Source of the DNA: Marsupella aquatica
Lineage: Eukaryota; Plantae; Marchantiophyta
Direction: 5' to 3'
Assembly: GCA_973895155.1 (NCBI GenBank)
Contig: OZ316898.1
Span: forward strand, 5,691,079 to 5,755,078
Length of the DNA stretch: 64,000 nucleotides
This document shows positions 38,465-52,200 of the stretch, one piece after another. Below the pieces are notes generated by a model, which saw nothing but the letters and a program-made list of their open reading frames with translations, searched no databases and was not told the origin of the DNA. A program made the translations under genes and the position numbers. Each line of letters begins with the position of its first letter. Position 1 is the first letter of the stretch.

Positions 38465-41029
38465 GAGAGAGCTTCAAAAATAATTGCAAGAGCTGGAGCA
38501 CTTTCGGAAATGAGAGAAAAGTGCTTTCGGCAAAGGAAGGAGTCGCGCGCGGAGAAAGAAGAGAAGGAAGAAAAAAAACCAAATACACAGGAAGGGGAGG
38601 AAACCCTTTCCTTCCTCTTTCCCGTGCTTTTTTTCCCTCTTGGCTGCCCTCTCGCCTCACGCCCCGGCTCACGGCCCTATGCATGGCTCGCGCATGCCGA
38701 CCCGTGGCCCCCACCTCGCCGCATCCCCGCACCTCGCTCCTTCCTCACGAATGGCCTCCCGCTACTCACGTGCTTGCCCCCTTACGGGGGTTTTATGTCC
38801 TTATTTCCCCCTTGTTTTCTCTCTAATCCTTCCTCGTCTGCCCGCGGCTACTCCTCAGCCCCACAGCCCTCTTCCACTCGCGACAGCCTTCTCCTATCCC
38901 GGCTCGCTTCTTCTCGTGGCACGCGGCCCTATGCAGGGCACGCTGCCTCATTATTCTCGGCCTCTCACTCCCGGCTGTGTTTGGCCCCCTCATGGGAGGG
39001 TATAAGGTGCCTCCACTGCCCCGGATTGCTGCGCCCCATTTTGGGGGATTTAATTCCCCCCGATAGCCTCCCCCTTTTTGTACCCGAGGGCCTTTTTGGG
39101 GGATTTAACCCCCCCGGCTGCCTCCTTATTGCCCCGGCTCACGGTGCCCTCCATGCCAGGCACAGTGCGTCTCCCTATGCAAGGGGGCTGGGTCTCTCGG
39201 GCGCCACCTCCCTCATGGCTCGCGGCAGCTCATGGGAGCGCCTCGGCAGCGCCACCTGGTCACTCGTGGGCCTCTTCGCTCGGCTCGCCTCCCTATGGAG
39301 CTCGCCCCATGCCCGCTCCTCCAAGGCCGGGGGAATTTAATTCCCCCTCAAGCCCTTCACGAAGCCCTATGCAGGGGGTGCCTTCCTGGTCCCGGCAGCT
39401 TTCCTCACCCCTCCTCCTCCGTTTGTTCACAAGGGGTTTCCCCCTTTATTTTGTTTCAACCCCACCTAAACCACAAAACTTAAAGTTTGTCTCCTTAGAC
39501 CTTGCTATTGGGGTCTCAAAAATAGCCCAAGTTAAACTGTAAATCCTACAATTGCTCGCTTAGGTTGCCGTAAACCTCATAACTATTGTGAGAGAAAAAT
39601 AATAAGTTAAGCCCCCCGGGGCATTACCAACTTATAACGACAGAATTAACTTCAAAAACTAAAAACGGCGTATTTACAATGGTTATTTACATGGCACAAC
39701 CCCAGTAAACAATTATTGAGGATTTCCAGTGACGGGAACCCCGTCACATACAACAATAGGAAGCTAGAGTGCCTTGAAAGTAGCAGGAGATGGCCTCTTA
39801 TTGGATTTGCATAGGGAAAAGTTTGAGTTGAAAGGTGAATCCCTTCAAGCATTCCTTCCATACTTCCTTCATTCAAAGTCGCTCAATGTGGGATTGTACC
39901 CTCGGTCCTTAAAATCTTGAAGTGGGGATTGGGTAGCAACGGTGCCTTAGGTTGGATCATCTACAGGTCCAGTTAGGCACAACAGCTATTACAGAGTGGC
40001 CCGCTGATGAGGTAGGCATGTGATGAGAGGCTGTAAAACCGAGCTGTGAATCAGGATGGGCCAAGCTGTGTGCCTGCAACCTGGATATGAGGACGATTTG
40101 CACACTGCATGACCTACAATATGAATGAATGTCGCTGATATGCAACAGTGTGTGCTAATGAGGAGACCAAGACGACGTGCTTACTTTCCATGCAAATGGT
40201 TACTGTTTGTTTTTGCATAGTTTCCTTGTAGGTTATTTGCGTGTCGAGGAACTAATGTGGGGCATTAGAAGTTGTATTTGAACTGAGATTGGATCAACAA
40301 GTTGGATTTCTCCAGCTCCGTTGTAGTATGCACAACGCTTGTGGTGGAGGCAGGGAGGTACAAAATTCTTGCAAGATATCAATGTTCCTTAATATTGTAG
40401 GATATCAATGGCGAACCAGGAAGTGGATATTGCAAAGGTAGCGTTGATTTGTACCTTAAATTTGCCAGAAAATGATATCCCAAAGGCATTCTTCCCCTAA
40501 TAATATAGATTTTATAATTGTCGGCAAAAAGAAAGAGACCAAATGCCAGACCAGCCATGTAGAGGGTATTTGCTAGATCTCAAACTTTTAGTGAATAGAA
40601 AATTGTATAATGGGTCTATATATCGCCCGATATATCCATACCCATACTATTTTGTTAGTCATTCACGTCTGAGGTTATAAGTCCTCAGAGGAAAGTACCA
40701 AAATGTTCATTGTTTTAATAATTTTAAGATTGCATAGAAGGCCTCACGAAAACATCGCCAGAAGTTGCCTAAAGGCATCTCAACAGATGAGTACATTTGG
40801 TTGTAAATAATAGTCTAATGAAGGGTGGGAATTATGATCAAAATGGGAGGGACAAAAATGATCATATACATTGGAAAGGAGTGATACAAGGTTAACACTA
40901 TATGACTCCTAATAATAGAAACTATTGTCACTAGACCCAAATTTAGTTTTGCTTCTTACGTTAAAAATTCTTACATGCTAACTGTTAACTTCCGGAGTTC
41001 ACTCTTGGCCAAATCCTCCAATTAACCAT

Positions 41030-41372
41030 ATCACCCTATTCATTAAAAGTGTATTTTATTTTGTTCACTTTTAGGCCTCAAAATGTACACTTTTTGGTCT
41101 CTAAATGTACAATTTTTAACCCCAAAAGGTATACTATAGTACAATACTCTACACCTAAATAGTCAATTGTAAACTTGAGGGAGAAAAAGTGATCTTTACT
41201 AGAATGAGTCTCATCCTAGTTCATTTATAAAAGATGAACATGGTGGTATGTCTGATGGCCATCACTTTTATTTCTTGCCCAAATGTACACTTTCTGAAAG
41301 CCAAATGTACACTTTCTATTGCCCAACTGTTCATAAATTGAATAATAATTCACTTTTAATGAATAGATTGAT
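41030..41372. mobile_element. Small TIR element / MITE
   Basis: 22-bp TIR atca..ctattcattaaaagtg (2 mismatches); flanking CCAT direct repeat; repeated aaatgtacac motif inside. Confidence 0.5.
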
Positions 41373-42479
41373 CCATCCAACATGGCTTTAGACTTCATTA
41401 ATTCTCTTTTGTTTATCAATTTAACAATGTACTGTCTTCATCAAATTGATTTCTTGTGCACGTTTGCCTGCTACCCGACCTTTGCGACAATAAGGCAGTG
41501 TCGACTTGTGCGATTTTTCAAGATAGTAATTTGACCTCTTCGGGCCATTGGATTTTGTCTGTCACCTGGATTGAGAGTACTTCCATGTACTCTCGACTAC
41601 ATTTGCTTTCAGCTAATCACTCGAGACATTGATCCAACTCTCATTGGTTGCAGACCCCGCCTGTCACCTGGATTGAAGGCTATGTGTCATCTAGCTTTCA
41701 TCTAATATTTCTTTAAAGAGTATTTCTAAGCCCCATGTGGTAGATTCCTCAAATTCTATTTCTTTTTTCTCAAATACTTTGTTCCATCTTTCAATCATTT
41801 GTCTGTATTCCCTTGGTGCACTTGAATGTAAAGGCCCAATACTTTGGGCCTTCCTCTTACAACATTACTTGCATATTTCTAATCTTTCTAATCTTGCAAG
41901 GATTTCTTAATTTGAACGGACATTCTTCATTTGAACGGTTCCAACCAGATCAATATGAATTTCCCATTCTCAAATGTCAACATTTCTAGCCATCTTTTAT
42001 TCACAATCAATTCTTTAACTTCACTTCTATTTGCATTCAAGAAACATAAGCTTTGTAATCGAATGCTCCTTGCAATTCTACAAATAGGCCTCAATTGCAT
42101 CTTCTATTCGATGGTCACCATCAATTTTTCTTACATGGTTTTCTTCCATGGGCTTCCATCTCTACCTCCAAGTCTAGCAATCCGTCACAGCCCCTTCCTA
42201 GGCTGCCTCCCTAGCCTGGAAAGTTTGTACAACAAAAGACCTCTACTCATTCCTACTCAACTGACCTATACTCTCCATACAACTTCCCTTAATCATTAGC
42301 AGTTGTAACTGCCAAACTGTTTATTTGGTTTTTGTAACCATTTTATTTAACTAAGACTACTTGTTACGGACCCCTATGAGAGGTCCTTTGCAAGGTTAAA
42401 AACATAACCAATTGATAAAAATGTACATAGTTAGAACCTCTTTGGCTCCACATTGTAAAACTAAATAATCAATCTCTTT

Positions 42480-42930
42480 AATACTTGATCATGAAATCTG
42501 TCATGTTTGATTCATTGGAAAGCTCAAGATCAAGAAACTCATGAACTCTTTAGTACTGTCTTGATAAAATCTCTCAATGTCACACTCATTGGAAAGCTAG
42601 AGTAATTAAAATTAGAAACTTATCATCTTCTTAGTACACAAAATCTATCAATGTTAGGTTCACTGGAAAGCTAAAGAAATTTGGATACTCATGATCATCT
42701 CTCTCATTCTTGACTAATACTCCCAATGACACACATTAGAAAGCTAGAGAGATTGAAAAACTCATGATCTCTTTAGTACCGTGACAAAATCTAACATGAA
42801 TTTTTTCAATATCGGACTCAATGTTGGAAAGCCAAAAGAATTCATGAACTCATGATCAAAATTTCTTATTGTCACACTCATTGGAAAGGCAAAGAAATTC
42901 AAAAACTTGGGCAAAAGCTCATTTGGAACT
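42480..42930. repeat. Degenerate ~75-bp tandem repeat
   Basis: cattggaaagct-like core recurs ~6 times with actcatga motifs. Confidence 0.6.
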
Positions 42931-45703
42931 TGACAAAATTTGTCAATTTGAGGCTGATTGGAAACCCTTTCTCGATTAAGAGATGTCACAATCTCCTCAC
43001 CATCACAGACTTAGCCATTGTAAATTGATTTATTTGATTATGTCGTCATCGTTTGTCTGCAATGCTTGCTTTCTGGCTTGAATTGTTTGCATCCCTCCAA
43101 TCTTCAACTGAAGCTCACTCTTAACACAGTTTGACACCAAATGCAGCCTTTATGTTGAAGAAACAATTGTTGATCTCCCCCTCACACCATAACTTTCTTA
43201 AATAAAAAAATTGCAAAATCTTCATATGAAGGTCGTTTATACAAATGAAGGAATCCATTTATTTGAAAATAAGAATATTAAACTTGACGAGAATGATATT
43301 CAACAACCTGTTGAATATTATTCTTGTCAATGTTGAATCCTGTCTCCACCATATCTTACACTTCGTGATGGCTCATCCGTTTTGTGCGTTCTTCCCACCA
43401 AAATGACAAGCGCTCATTTGCCAATAGCTGAGAGTTGTCCTCCAGTTTGTCTTGTGGCAGTATTGCTCAATGTAAGTCACAAACAATCAATCAGGAATGA
43501 TAGAAACACAATTTCTCCAATGTGTAAGCGAAAATAGTCAAAAAACTCAATTCCTCCAATTCAACCTTTCATTTGATAAACCAGAGAGATCATCTCAACC
43601 AGATCAATCTCCTCTATCTTTCAAGTGTTATCTTTTGTACGAGCACACACCAAGACCACTAGAACCATTTGTTACCTCCTTGTTGAAAATTGACTTCACT
43701 TTGAACATCACACACACATTCCTTAAATGAACATGGGGGTCTACAGATTAATTGATTGTTAATTGTTTATACTTGTTAATTGGTAATTCTGACTGACTAT
43801 TGAACAGTGCACCACTTTGCTTGTTGTTCGCCAATTAATCTTGCTCCCGAGTTGTCACCTCTAGTTCCTTCATCTACTTTTGTTGTTTCAAGCTCTTGAG
43901 TGCCTGCATTGTCACTTCCACGGTTTCATTCTTACTTCTTTGGTTCTTTCTCCTGTCCGTCAATATGTTGAGTTGGTTCTCATCTGGTGAAACCCTAATA
44001 TCTGCTTGGTTCTCTTTCTCTTATTTTCCATAACTCTTATTACCCAACATTCATTCATGGCGTGGTAACAATTTCTTTCATGTCTACTAACTTGTTCCTA
44101 AAATTCATGTCTAGTGATGCCAAACAATTTACAACTAGCTTCCTCCCACACTTGGTAAACATCATCATTAACTTGCACAAAGAAATTGTATATATACCGT
44201 CCTGGACCGATTGGTCGACAAAAATTATTCACACGATTTTGCTTTTGTGCTCCTACACTCTGTTCTTCTTTGTTCAGTCTACCTCTCTAGGCACTTGGCC
44301 CTAAAGCACTGTAAAGTTTCCCATCATCCAACAAAACATCACAACCTTCATAGACTAAGTTGCTGCCATGCATGCCCCACATCGATGCAATAGTGACTCC
44401 CAACAAGCTTATAATCCATGACTGATCCATCACTACAGAGCTCTTCCTAGTCCTGCTGACCAGAACTCTTTTGTAATAATTTTTTATTCAAAACCATGTT
44501 GACCAAAACTTAGCCTCTACTACACAAAAATGAGACTCTCCTCTACTTCACAAAGTTTAAATATTAGTATCTCAACTTAACCCTTACTGTACTCTAATTG
44601 TGTAATTAACTTAAAGGTTTCAATTGGCTAATCTAACACTTGTCAATTTTCTACTGCTTCACTGACTTGTCTAAAGGAGACATTTCTAAAGGCCAACCTA
44701 CAAACTGTTGGAGACCAGTAGGATAGACAAATATGTACTTCTACTCCGAGTTGCTTTGCCAATCTTGATCCCGTACGTCAATCTTCCCTTGTTGAGATCA
44801 CTAAATACATAGCCCTATTGTGAAATTATGCACAACTGAGATCCAATTATCCTTCTTTGGTCTATTTGAATGTTCCACTTTGTCAACTAGTCTGCATTTA
44901 CACTCACGAGCATGCAAACTAGGGAGCACTTATACTAACGAGCATGTAAACTTGGGAATCATCCCAATCCAGCTGCCTCAAAGTGCAACAACCTTGGCTT
45001 CACAATGTTCTCACAGAATTTCTAATGATGTTCCCATATATTGTGACTCTTGTTGAACTTGATCTGGGCTGAGACGAGGGCCGAGAAGGGCGCCGTTCCT
45101 ATATTCTGTTGCCAACATGGTCTCACTGGAGTTTTTCAAACAAACGGAACAGGTCCTCCTCCTGATATGCCTTAAACCCAAATTCTTGGAAATGTGTGTA
45201 GTGCCCTATGGAAGAAGACCTTTAGTTGAACATCATCAGGACAAAAAAATCATACCTTGCCAAATGTCCACCTCCAAGATACAACTTCAAAACCCCACAA
45301 AGTATGACTCCTCTTTACTCGAGGACCCGCCATCGTAGACACCGTCTCAAAATTTCTGTGCTTAAATCACCCGAAGTCAAAATACTTCACTCCCAGAGTA
45401 CATCAATAACTCAGATCAACTGACAGAAATTCCAATCGATGCAATGAAGCCTAACAGAACCAGTCATGATTCACAAAATTGAGCACATCAAATGGATAGC
45501 TTACCAAGTTGCTTGTTCAGGTCTAGTCATTCTGCAACCAATTCCAAGGATTGCTTGTCCTCCTTTTTTTCACAAGCAATCAACTGCAATTCACCAAAAT
45601 TGTAAAGGTTGTAGCACAACAATAGATAGCAGAGTACTGTAGTCAAGGGCTTAGGGTTTAGAACCAACTACCGTATAGCTAACAATTGCACCCGTGCCAC
45701 AGC

Positions 45704-46132
45704 TCATTCCGGCTTTAGAATCGCTCCTTCTTCCTTAGGACTAGCTCCAAATTTCAAAGGATTCTTCCCCTTGATGAACTAACGCAGGCCATAGAAGGTC
45801 AGACCGTCCAGAATTGTCGTTCCCCACGCATGTGCGTACCACATGCTTTACATCCGGGTTGCATACCTCCATTGCTCCTGAAGCGTCACTGGATCACGAT
45901 TAGTAGTGTCCGGAGGATTGATGCTTTGATGATGATGAGGGACAGAAGGAGGAGTTGCAGTAGCCGGTGGTGGTGGTGGTGAATATGAAGAAGATGAAGC
46001 CAATGAAGTTCAAGAGAAGCGAGGATGGCCAACGAGATTACAAATCCCGCCATACCGGCAAATGAGAGAAAGTGCTCCCGACATTGCAAGCTTCTTTGTT
46101 GCCGCTGCTGCTCCTGCTGCTGCTGCCGCCAT
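45704..46132 (-). pseudogene. Intronless pseudogene of a small plant single-TM protein (EQWRYA..YS.WY.HAWGT..L.G..FYGL..FIKG.NPL type)
   Basis: 143 codons in one frame from ATG to TGA with 3 internal stops (46010-46012, 45848-45850, 45779-45781); motif recalled from an uncharacterised plant family, not searched. Confidence 0.6.
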
Positions 46133-46479
46133 CACTGAAATCCAAAATGCTCAGCTCAGCGGCACCAAACTAGGTCGCCGAAGACCTTCCTTGGAAAAAC
46201 TGGAACACGGAACGACACATCAAGTAAGAGCGATGGGAGCGGATGGAGAGGAGCTGAGATGTATTTTTTGCTTGAGGAAATTGCTCTACTCTCTTCAATT
46301 TGCTCAATTGAATTGCAATTGGTTTAGTATTGAAATTGGGGACATGTTCAACTCCCCCAAAACCTGATTGTGCAAAGTATTTTTTTTTTGTTGGACCACT
46401 GTGTAATCACTGGACCCCACTAGCAGTCCCAACCAAGAAACACCAAGAAGCAGGTGAACACCACACAAGAACGTAAAGA

Positions 46480-47635
46480 GACCCTATTGGGTATTGTTTT
46501 GTAAAAGTTTTTTGAGCCACCAGCGGTTTTTTGTAGTGGCAACAGTGGAAATTTTCACCTCTCCAAACAGTCTTTGCCCTTTTTGGCAAAAATTGGTTAA
46601 ATTTTATGTGTTCCATGAGCCAGTTTTCCAGCTAGCCACAGGCCCCATTAGCCATAATCTAATGGTCATCCTTAAATCTAGAGAGATAGAATGGTCTTAA
46701 AATAATAAAGAAAAATCAGATAAATTTCTTAGCATCTTCTCTTTCACACAAGCTGACATTCGCCCTGGGGCTAAAAATGAAAAAGTTTAAGGATTACACT
46801 GAAAGTGCATTGTGTTGGGAAAGAAATTCAACAAAATTACACTTGGCAAGATGTGTAAAAATGATGACAAGAATATGAACTATATTGCTATTGCACCTTT
46901 GGTTGGAATTGTGTTTTTAATACAGTAGTTTAGTTGTTCAGAAAACCTCCTCAGAAATTGCCATGCAGTTGCATGGTGTGGTTTCCCAGCACACAGTAGA
47001 CGTACTGACGTAGTCCATCAAATTGGAGGGGGGCCTTACGCTCTGGCATGGTTTTTTAGTGTGGGGCCAAGTAGGGTCAGGTATTGAGCTACTTTGGCAG
47101 TGGGAGGCTACGGAGATGGGGCCCGGCACATCTGACCTGCACCACTAGATCTTCCTCTATTTGAGGAGTGCCATTGGATCTGGCAACCAGAGTCTCTAGG
47201 AGGGTGACAAAATTCTCCACTAAAAGGCCAGACCAACCAAGGTCTCCACGGGCTAGGGAAGGTAACCAATTTCACCCAAAAAAAGGGGAAGCACAGTTTG
47301 GGATATCTCATCAAGCCCCAAGGGGTCCATAGCAGTGTAATCTTGACGGGTAATTTTTGTTGCCATAGTGACAAATGTCAGCCTGTGTGAAGGAGAAAAT
47401 ACTACAGTAGGCACATTCCCCACCTGATTTTCCTAGATTATTTTCTGACCCTTAGTTTTCCCTTAATTTAAGGATGACTGAGACATTCTGACTTATGGGG
47501 TCAGTGACTTTGTGAGAAATTAGCTAATGGAAAACAGATTTCAGTTGAAAGTGGCCTAACTTTTCTAGAGAGGTGGATTCTAGTGACTTTTGGCCACTAA
47601 ATTAAAAAACTGGTCCCTGGAATAGGACCCAAAAG
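46480..47635. mobile_element. Old long-TIR (foldback/MULE-like) non-autonomous element
   Basis: ~46480-46770 and ~47370-47635 are diverged reverse complements (gtcatccttaaat, ttcacaca.gctgacatt, cacctctc, tagtggc in mirrored order); TSD not identified. Confidence 0.5.
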
Positions 47636-48079
47636 CCCCTCGTCTCCATTGCTCCCTCCCTCTATCCCCCCGTCACTCTCTCTCTCTCTCTCAGACGGTG
47701 TCCCATGCTCCCATCACCCTCAACCCCACCAAGCAAGCATGGTCAAAATTACCTGCCCCCATCACGCTTTACCCCTTGCAAGGGGCCCAGGGGTGGGAGT
47801 CCCCTGTTTGCCTTGGATTGATTCGCTTCAAGTGCTTTGCTTAATATTTAATGTTTTTCTTCTTCTGCCAATGTGACAAAGATAGTTCATCATATAGACT
47901 AGGCTGACATTTGTGAAGGACCAAAGCCAACCCCCTGTCTCCTTTGCTCCCCTCTCCAGTCTCCACCCTTTTGTTATTATTACTCTCTCAGACGTGTCAC
48001 CTGCCCCCATCAGGCCATCACCTTCGGCGCCACCAGGCAAGCAGCGATGACCTTCCCTCATCACACTCGACTCGTCCCA

Positions 48080-48595
48080 GGGGGTCTAGCGTCGGAGCCT
48101 CTGTGTGCCCCAGCAATAGGTTTCTAGGGTCGGAGCCCTTGTTTGCCCCAGCAATGGGTCTAGGTTCGGAGCCACAGTTTCCTCTGAATTGCCTTTGCTT
48201 TGCTATGCTTTGCTTTGCTTTGCGTTGAGGGGTATCGCGTCGGACCCCTGTTTGCCCCAGCAGTGGGACTCTAGGGTCGGGTCTCTGCTTCCCAGCAATG
48301 GGTCTAGCTAGGGTCGGGGGCCCCTGTTTGCTTGGAATTGCTTTGCGTTGCATCGAGAAGGCCCTGCGTGCCCCAGCAAGGGTTCTAGCGTCGGGGCTCT
48401 GTTTCCCAGCAATGGGTCTAGGTTCGGAGCCCCTGTTTTGAATTGCTTTCTGCTTTGCTTTGCTTTGATTTTGTTTGCTTTGCGTCGAGTGGGGCTGTAA
48501 TAAGAGCTGCTTGGCTTTGATTAATAACTCTGATGTGCTTTGCTCTGCTTTGCTTCTTTGCTTCTTTGCATCTTTGCTTTGCTTTGCTTGCTGTG
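48080..48595. repeat. Degenerate tandem repeats (tctagggtcgg.gccc.tgtt..cccagcaa) interspersed with (TTTGC)n
   Basis: Direct inspection; explains ORF 48018-48794. Confidence 0.75.
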
Positions 48596-49243
48596 CCTGC
48601 TTGTAGTAGCGTACGGGCAAGCAGGCACGAACGAAGGCCCACTCCACGAACTCGAACACGTGTCCGCACACCATGCGAAGCGCAGCACCACGGCACACTG
48701 CACACGAAGCAGGAGAGGACTCTCGTTTTAGGGCGCTCTTCTGCTCTCCCTCCACTTTCTGGTTTCTCGGTTCGTCTTTTTCTCGTGGCCACATTGATCT
48801 TTGCCGCTACTCTGACTGTACTCAACGAAGAAGTATTCAGTGTTAGACGACCGGGAGATCGAGGAGACATAGGATTGATTCGAGTGGATTTGAGTTATTG
48901 GATTTGGATTTGGATTTGATTGGATTGGATTGGGAAGAAGAGGATTCACGAGAAGAGACGAGGTGAAAAGAGAACAGAGCCGGGATCAAGCTATTTTCAA
49001 GATCTTTGTCTCGTTTGAGTGGTCTACGAGAGTGAAGAATTGAGGACGACGTGCCGCGCGCTACATTGGATTGGAATTTGAGGCGGATCTGATCGAGGTG
49101 ATCGTTGTCGTGATCCTGGTTGGAGTCATTAGTTTTGTTGCTCGATAAATTCTGGAGGGACGTACTCTTGCGAAGAGGAGTTGAGTGAGGAGAAAAAATC
49201 GTATGTTCCTGTGATTTGATGTGAGCGTGAGCACGGCGTCGTG

Positions 49244-52200
49244 ATGGACCGCGCTGTACTGCGCTTGCTGCGTACCTCGAGGACCTTCCGTGGTGCCTCC
49301 GCTCGCTCATCATCTGGCCGCGTCCTCGAGGTGAGTGATGAGATTCTAGCAAAATCTTTGTTGATTGTCTCGCATGTCATGTGCTTCAATCATTTCATTT
49401 CCAAGGCGTCGTTGGCTAAGCCAAGTCAGCTTCCTGTCTGTCATTCATTTCTTCATTCGATTACATCACACAATCATATCTTGGCCCGCCCTCCCCAACC
49501 GTATGTCTGTGCACGACGAGAATGAAAATCAGGCTCTCACTTTCAAATCTGATCTTTTCCGAATTTAGAGTGGACGCCTTTTAACTTCACTTTTTTTTCC
49601 TCCTCGAAAAGGGGAGAAAGTCTCGTCGGTCTAGTGTAGTAGATTTTTGCGGTCTGTCGGAGCTTCTGAATGAGTGTTGCACTCTCTGTGCATGTTTTGG
49701 AGCCCTAAACTATTTTACTCTAGTCGAGCATTTGGCAGATCCGGAGATCCTGTCTTTCTTTTTGTAGCATGTGGATGTTATGATTTAAATTGCCTCATGC
49801 CATGAGCATGGTAGCCACCACCTCAATGGTAACCAATGACTTTTGATCTTCTTGTTGTTCCATGTCGTCGTGCAGCCGGTCGCGCTCCGACGTAGACCCG
49901 AAAATCTGCGTCATTTTGTCGCCGCAGTAGGTATGTGAAGTTGAGGGAATTAAAAGCAAGAAGTTTTCAGCAGTCTGTTCTTTTGGTTAAATGGCGAATT
50001 TTGTGACTTTCGTGTCTGATCTCAATTTGCTTTATTCGTCGGGGTGGGTGTGGCAGATCATATCTCTCGGAATGTGGAGACGAGGTTTGTTACCCATAAC
50101 CTCCTTTGTATATTGGTACTTTCGGAGAAGGAACTCTAGTGGTCGCCGTGGGCATGTCATGTCGTTGATTGGCCAGTGTTCTTTAAGTTTACACTACAAT
50201 TGATTCTGTTTTTTGGACTGTCCTCAATTTTAGCTGTAGGACCTGAGGAACAACTAGGGCAGCTGTATTCAACTAGGTTATGGATATCCACAGAGAGTGA
50301 TATTGCACTACAAATGGGTGGGTGGGTGTACTCTGGGAGAAGAATGGTCTCTCGTTTAGTTTCCCAACCTGGATTAGTTGGGGAGTATAGCCGTTGATAA
50401 AACTTTTTTAGGAACATGGATCAGACTGCAGTCTTGACTCATTGTTTAAATCTTGCAGTGGTCGTCCATATCCCAAACGAGTGATTTGGGAGCAATGGAA
50501 AAGCAGAGGTTTTGCATCCGAAGCAGGTACATACTCTGCCGCAGGGTTGTGGTGACATCGGACGAACTCATGAAATACACGCATTTTGAAAATGTTAGGT
50601 TTTCACTGCGCAAAGTCAGTGCGATAGAGCGCTGTCCTCTTAATAAAGGAATTTTGCGGTATCCTGGAGGCGGGTCTTTAGTTTCTTTGTGATTCCTGCC
50701 CCTCTCTGCGGTGCTTCTTTGCCCACCAGACCACAATTCGTGATATTTCTGAAATGCCTTGTGGGAAATGTAATTCTTAGTAGTAGTGTCATATTGACTA
50801 GGTGGAGGCTTCCTTCCATGCCACGTTGGCAACGATGGTGGAGCGTCGTTAATGACTCGTTCTTAGAGTTGTGCGAAACTATTGTGGCTACCTCCTGTAC
50901 ATCTCATTTGAGTCAGGCCCAAGTTGATTCGGAAGTTTCAAATTGATTGTTATTAGAATGGCTCTCTTCTCATCGCCTTGACATACTGCTCCTGTCCTTC
51001 CAGGTCCTGGAGAAGTGGTGGTCCCGTTTATGGGAGACTCGGTTCCAGATGGAAATATTGCTGAAATCTTGAAGAGTGAGCATATTAACTGCATGATTTT
51101 CCATTTACAACTGGCTTGAGACCTCCTTCCTTGCTTGTGAGTGCTCTCAGTCGCTTCCCAACGCTGAAATCAGTTCTGGTCCTGCTTTGGTTTCGTACTA
51201 ATACTTCCTGACTGTATGTTATTGTGCCTCGGGATGGCAGAGGAGGGTGATTCCGTGCAGACTGATGAAGTCATTGCTCAAATTGAGACGGATAAGGTCT
51301 GTGGAAGGCCCAACATATGTGAAATTACCGTTTATAATTCAGCAACGCATTCACGAATTCTTTGTGTAGAGGACGAGAACTGAATGGATTTTTTGGCTAG
51401 TACAGGTCACTATTGACGTACGCAGTCCCTTCACAGGCACTGTGCAGCAGGTATGGGCTTGCTGTCGAACCTCTGTTTTTTTACTTGTTTCTTTTGTTCT
51501 TTATTTCTTTTAGTCATTGTTGCTAACTTTAGTACTAAAGTTTCTTTACATGCAATCTACAATTTTATGGATGACCGAGTCTCGAAGTTTGTTACCTGCA
51601 ATCTACAATTTGGGATGGACTGAGTCTCAATATTTCTTCCATGTGGTAGGTCGTGGCAAAAGTAGGTGACACTGTCACCCCAGGAACGTTGATTGCCGTT
51701 GTCGCGGAGGGTGCTGCAAAAGCTACGCCTGCTGAGCCCAAAAAACAAGAGGCTGCTGCACCTCCACCCACACCTCCACCAGTAGAGGAACAAAAGAAGC
51801 CTGCTCCAACTCCTCTGCCACCTTCACCACCCCCGGCAGCTGCAAAGCCTGCACCTCCACGGCCTGCAGGTTCTGGTCTCCAAGAGCCTCAGCTTCCTCC
51901 CAAGGGAGGAGAAAGAAGGGTAAGAGTCTTCCAGTTTGAAGATCTCTGTATGCAGTGGAGGCTTGCCTTCTAAGAGTGTGTGATCTGATATTTAGGCAGA
52001 GTCATTTACAGGATTGTTAGTCCAACCGTCAAAAGCCATTGCTTCATCAAGTAAGGGCCAAGTGAGCCAAAATACAAGAAAGAGTACAAATCCGGAGAGG
52101 TCAACGAAATAGAAAAACTTGAAAATTATAGTAGATATGAACCCGTCATAAAATAAAAGGGAACTTTAAGGGAAGGTACGAAATACCAGTGATCTACACA

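Larger units (their letters stand above)
35716..39748 (-). mobile_element. Long Ty3/Gypsy-type solo LTR, copy 1 (4033 bp), with an internal decayed ORF
   Basis: TGTCAC...GTCACA ends, perfect 5-bp TSD TACAA, collinear with 58757-63517; TATTTA box at ~36344-36349 on the - strand; ~0.7-kb internal deletion near 37704 relative to copy 2. Confidence 0.85.

Noticed and set aside
38510-39542. Long + strand ORFs in the GC-rich LTR part (also 62439-62994)
   Set aside because: Stop-poor GC-rich sequence; not conserved at protein level between the two LTR copies.
35618-39814. Short ORF interrupted by solo LTR copy 1 (MASLYQRREYPFPGDKEVVKEF...)
   Set aside because: Only ~52 codons after removing the LTR; no recognisable family.
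41900-43145. Degenerate Gypsy internal region (GKF..WLEPF motif; PBS-like tgacacca at ~43132)
   Set aside because: Too decayed to call; no RT or integrase core or LTR pair seen.
48018-49352. - strand ORFs of 258, 150 and 169 aa
   Set aside because: Derived from microsatellites or antisense to the DLST 5' region.
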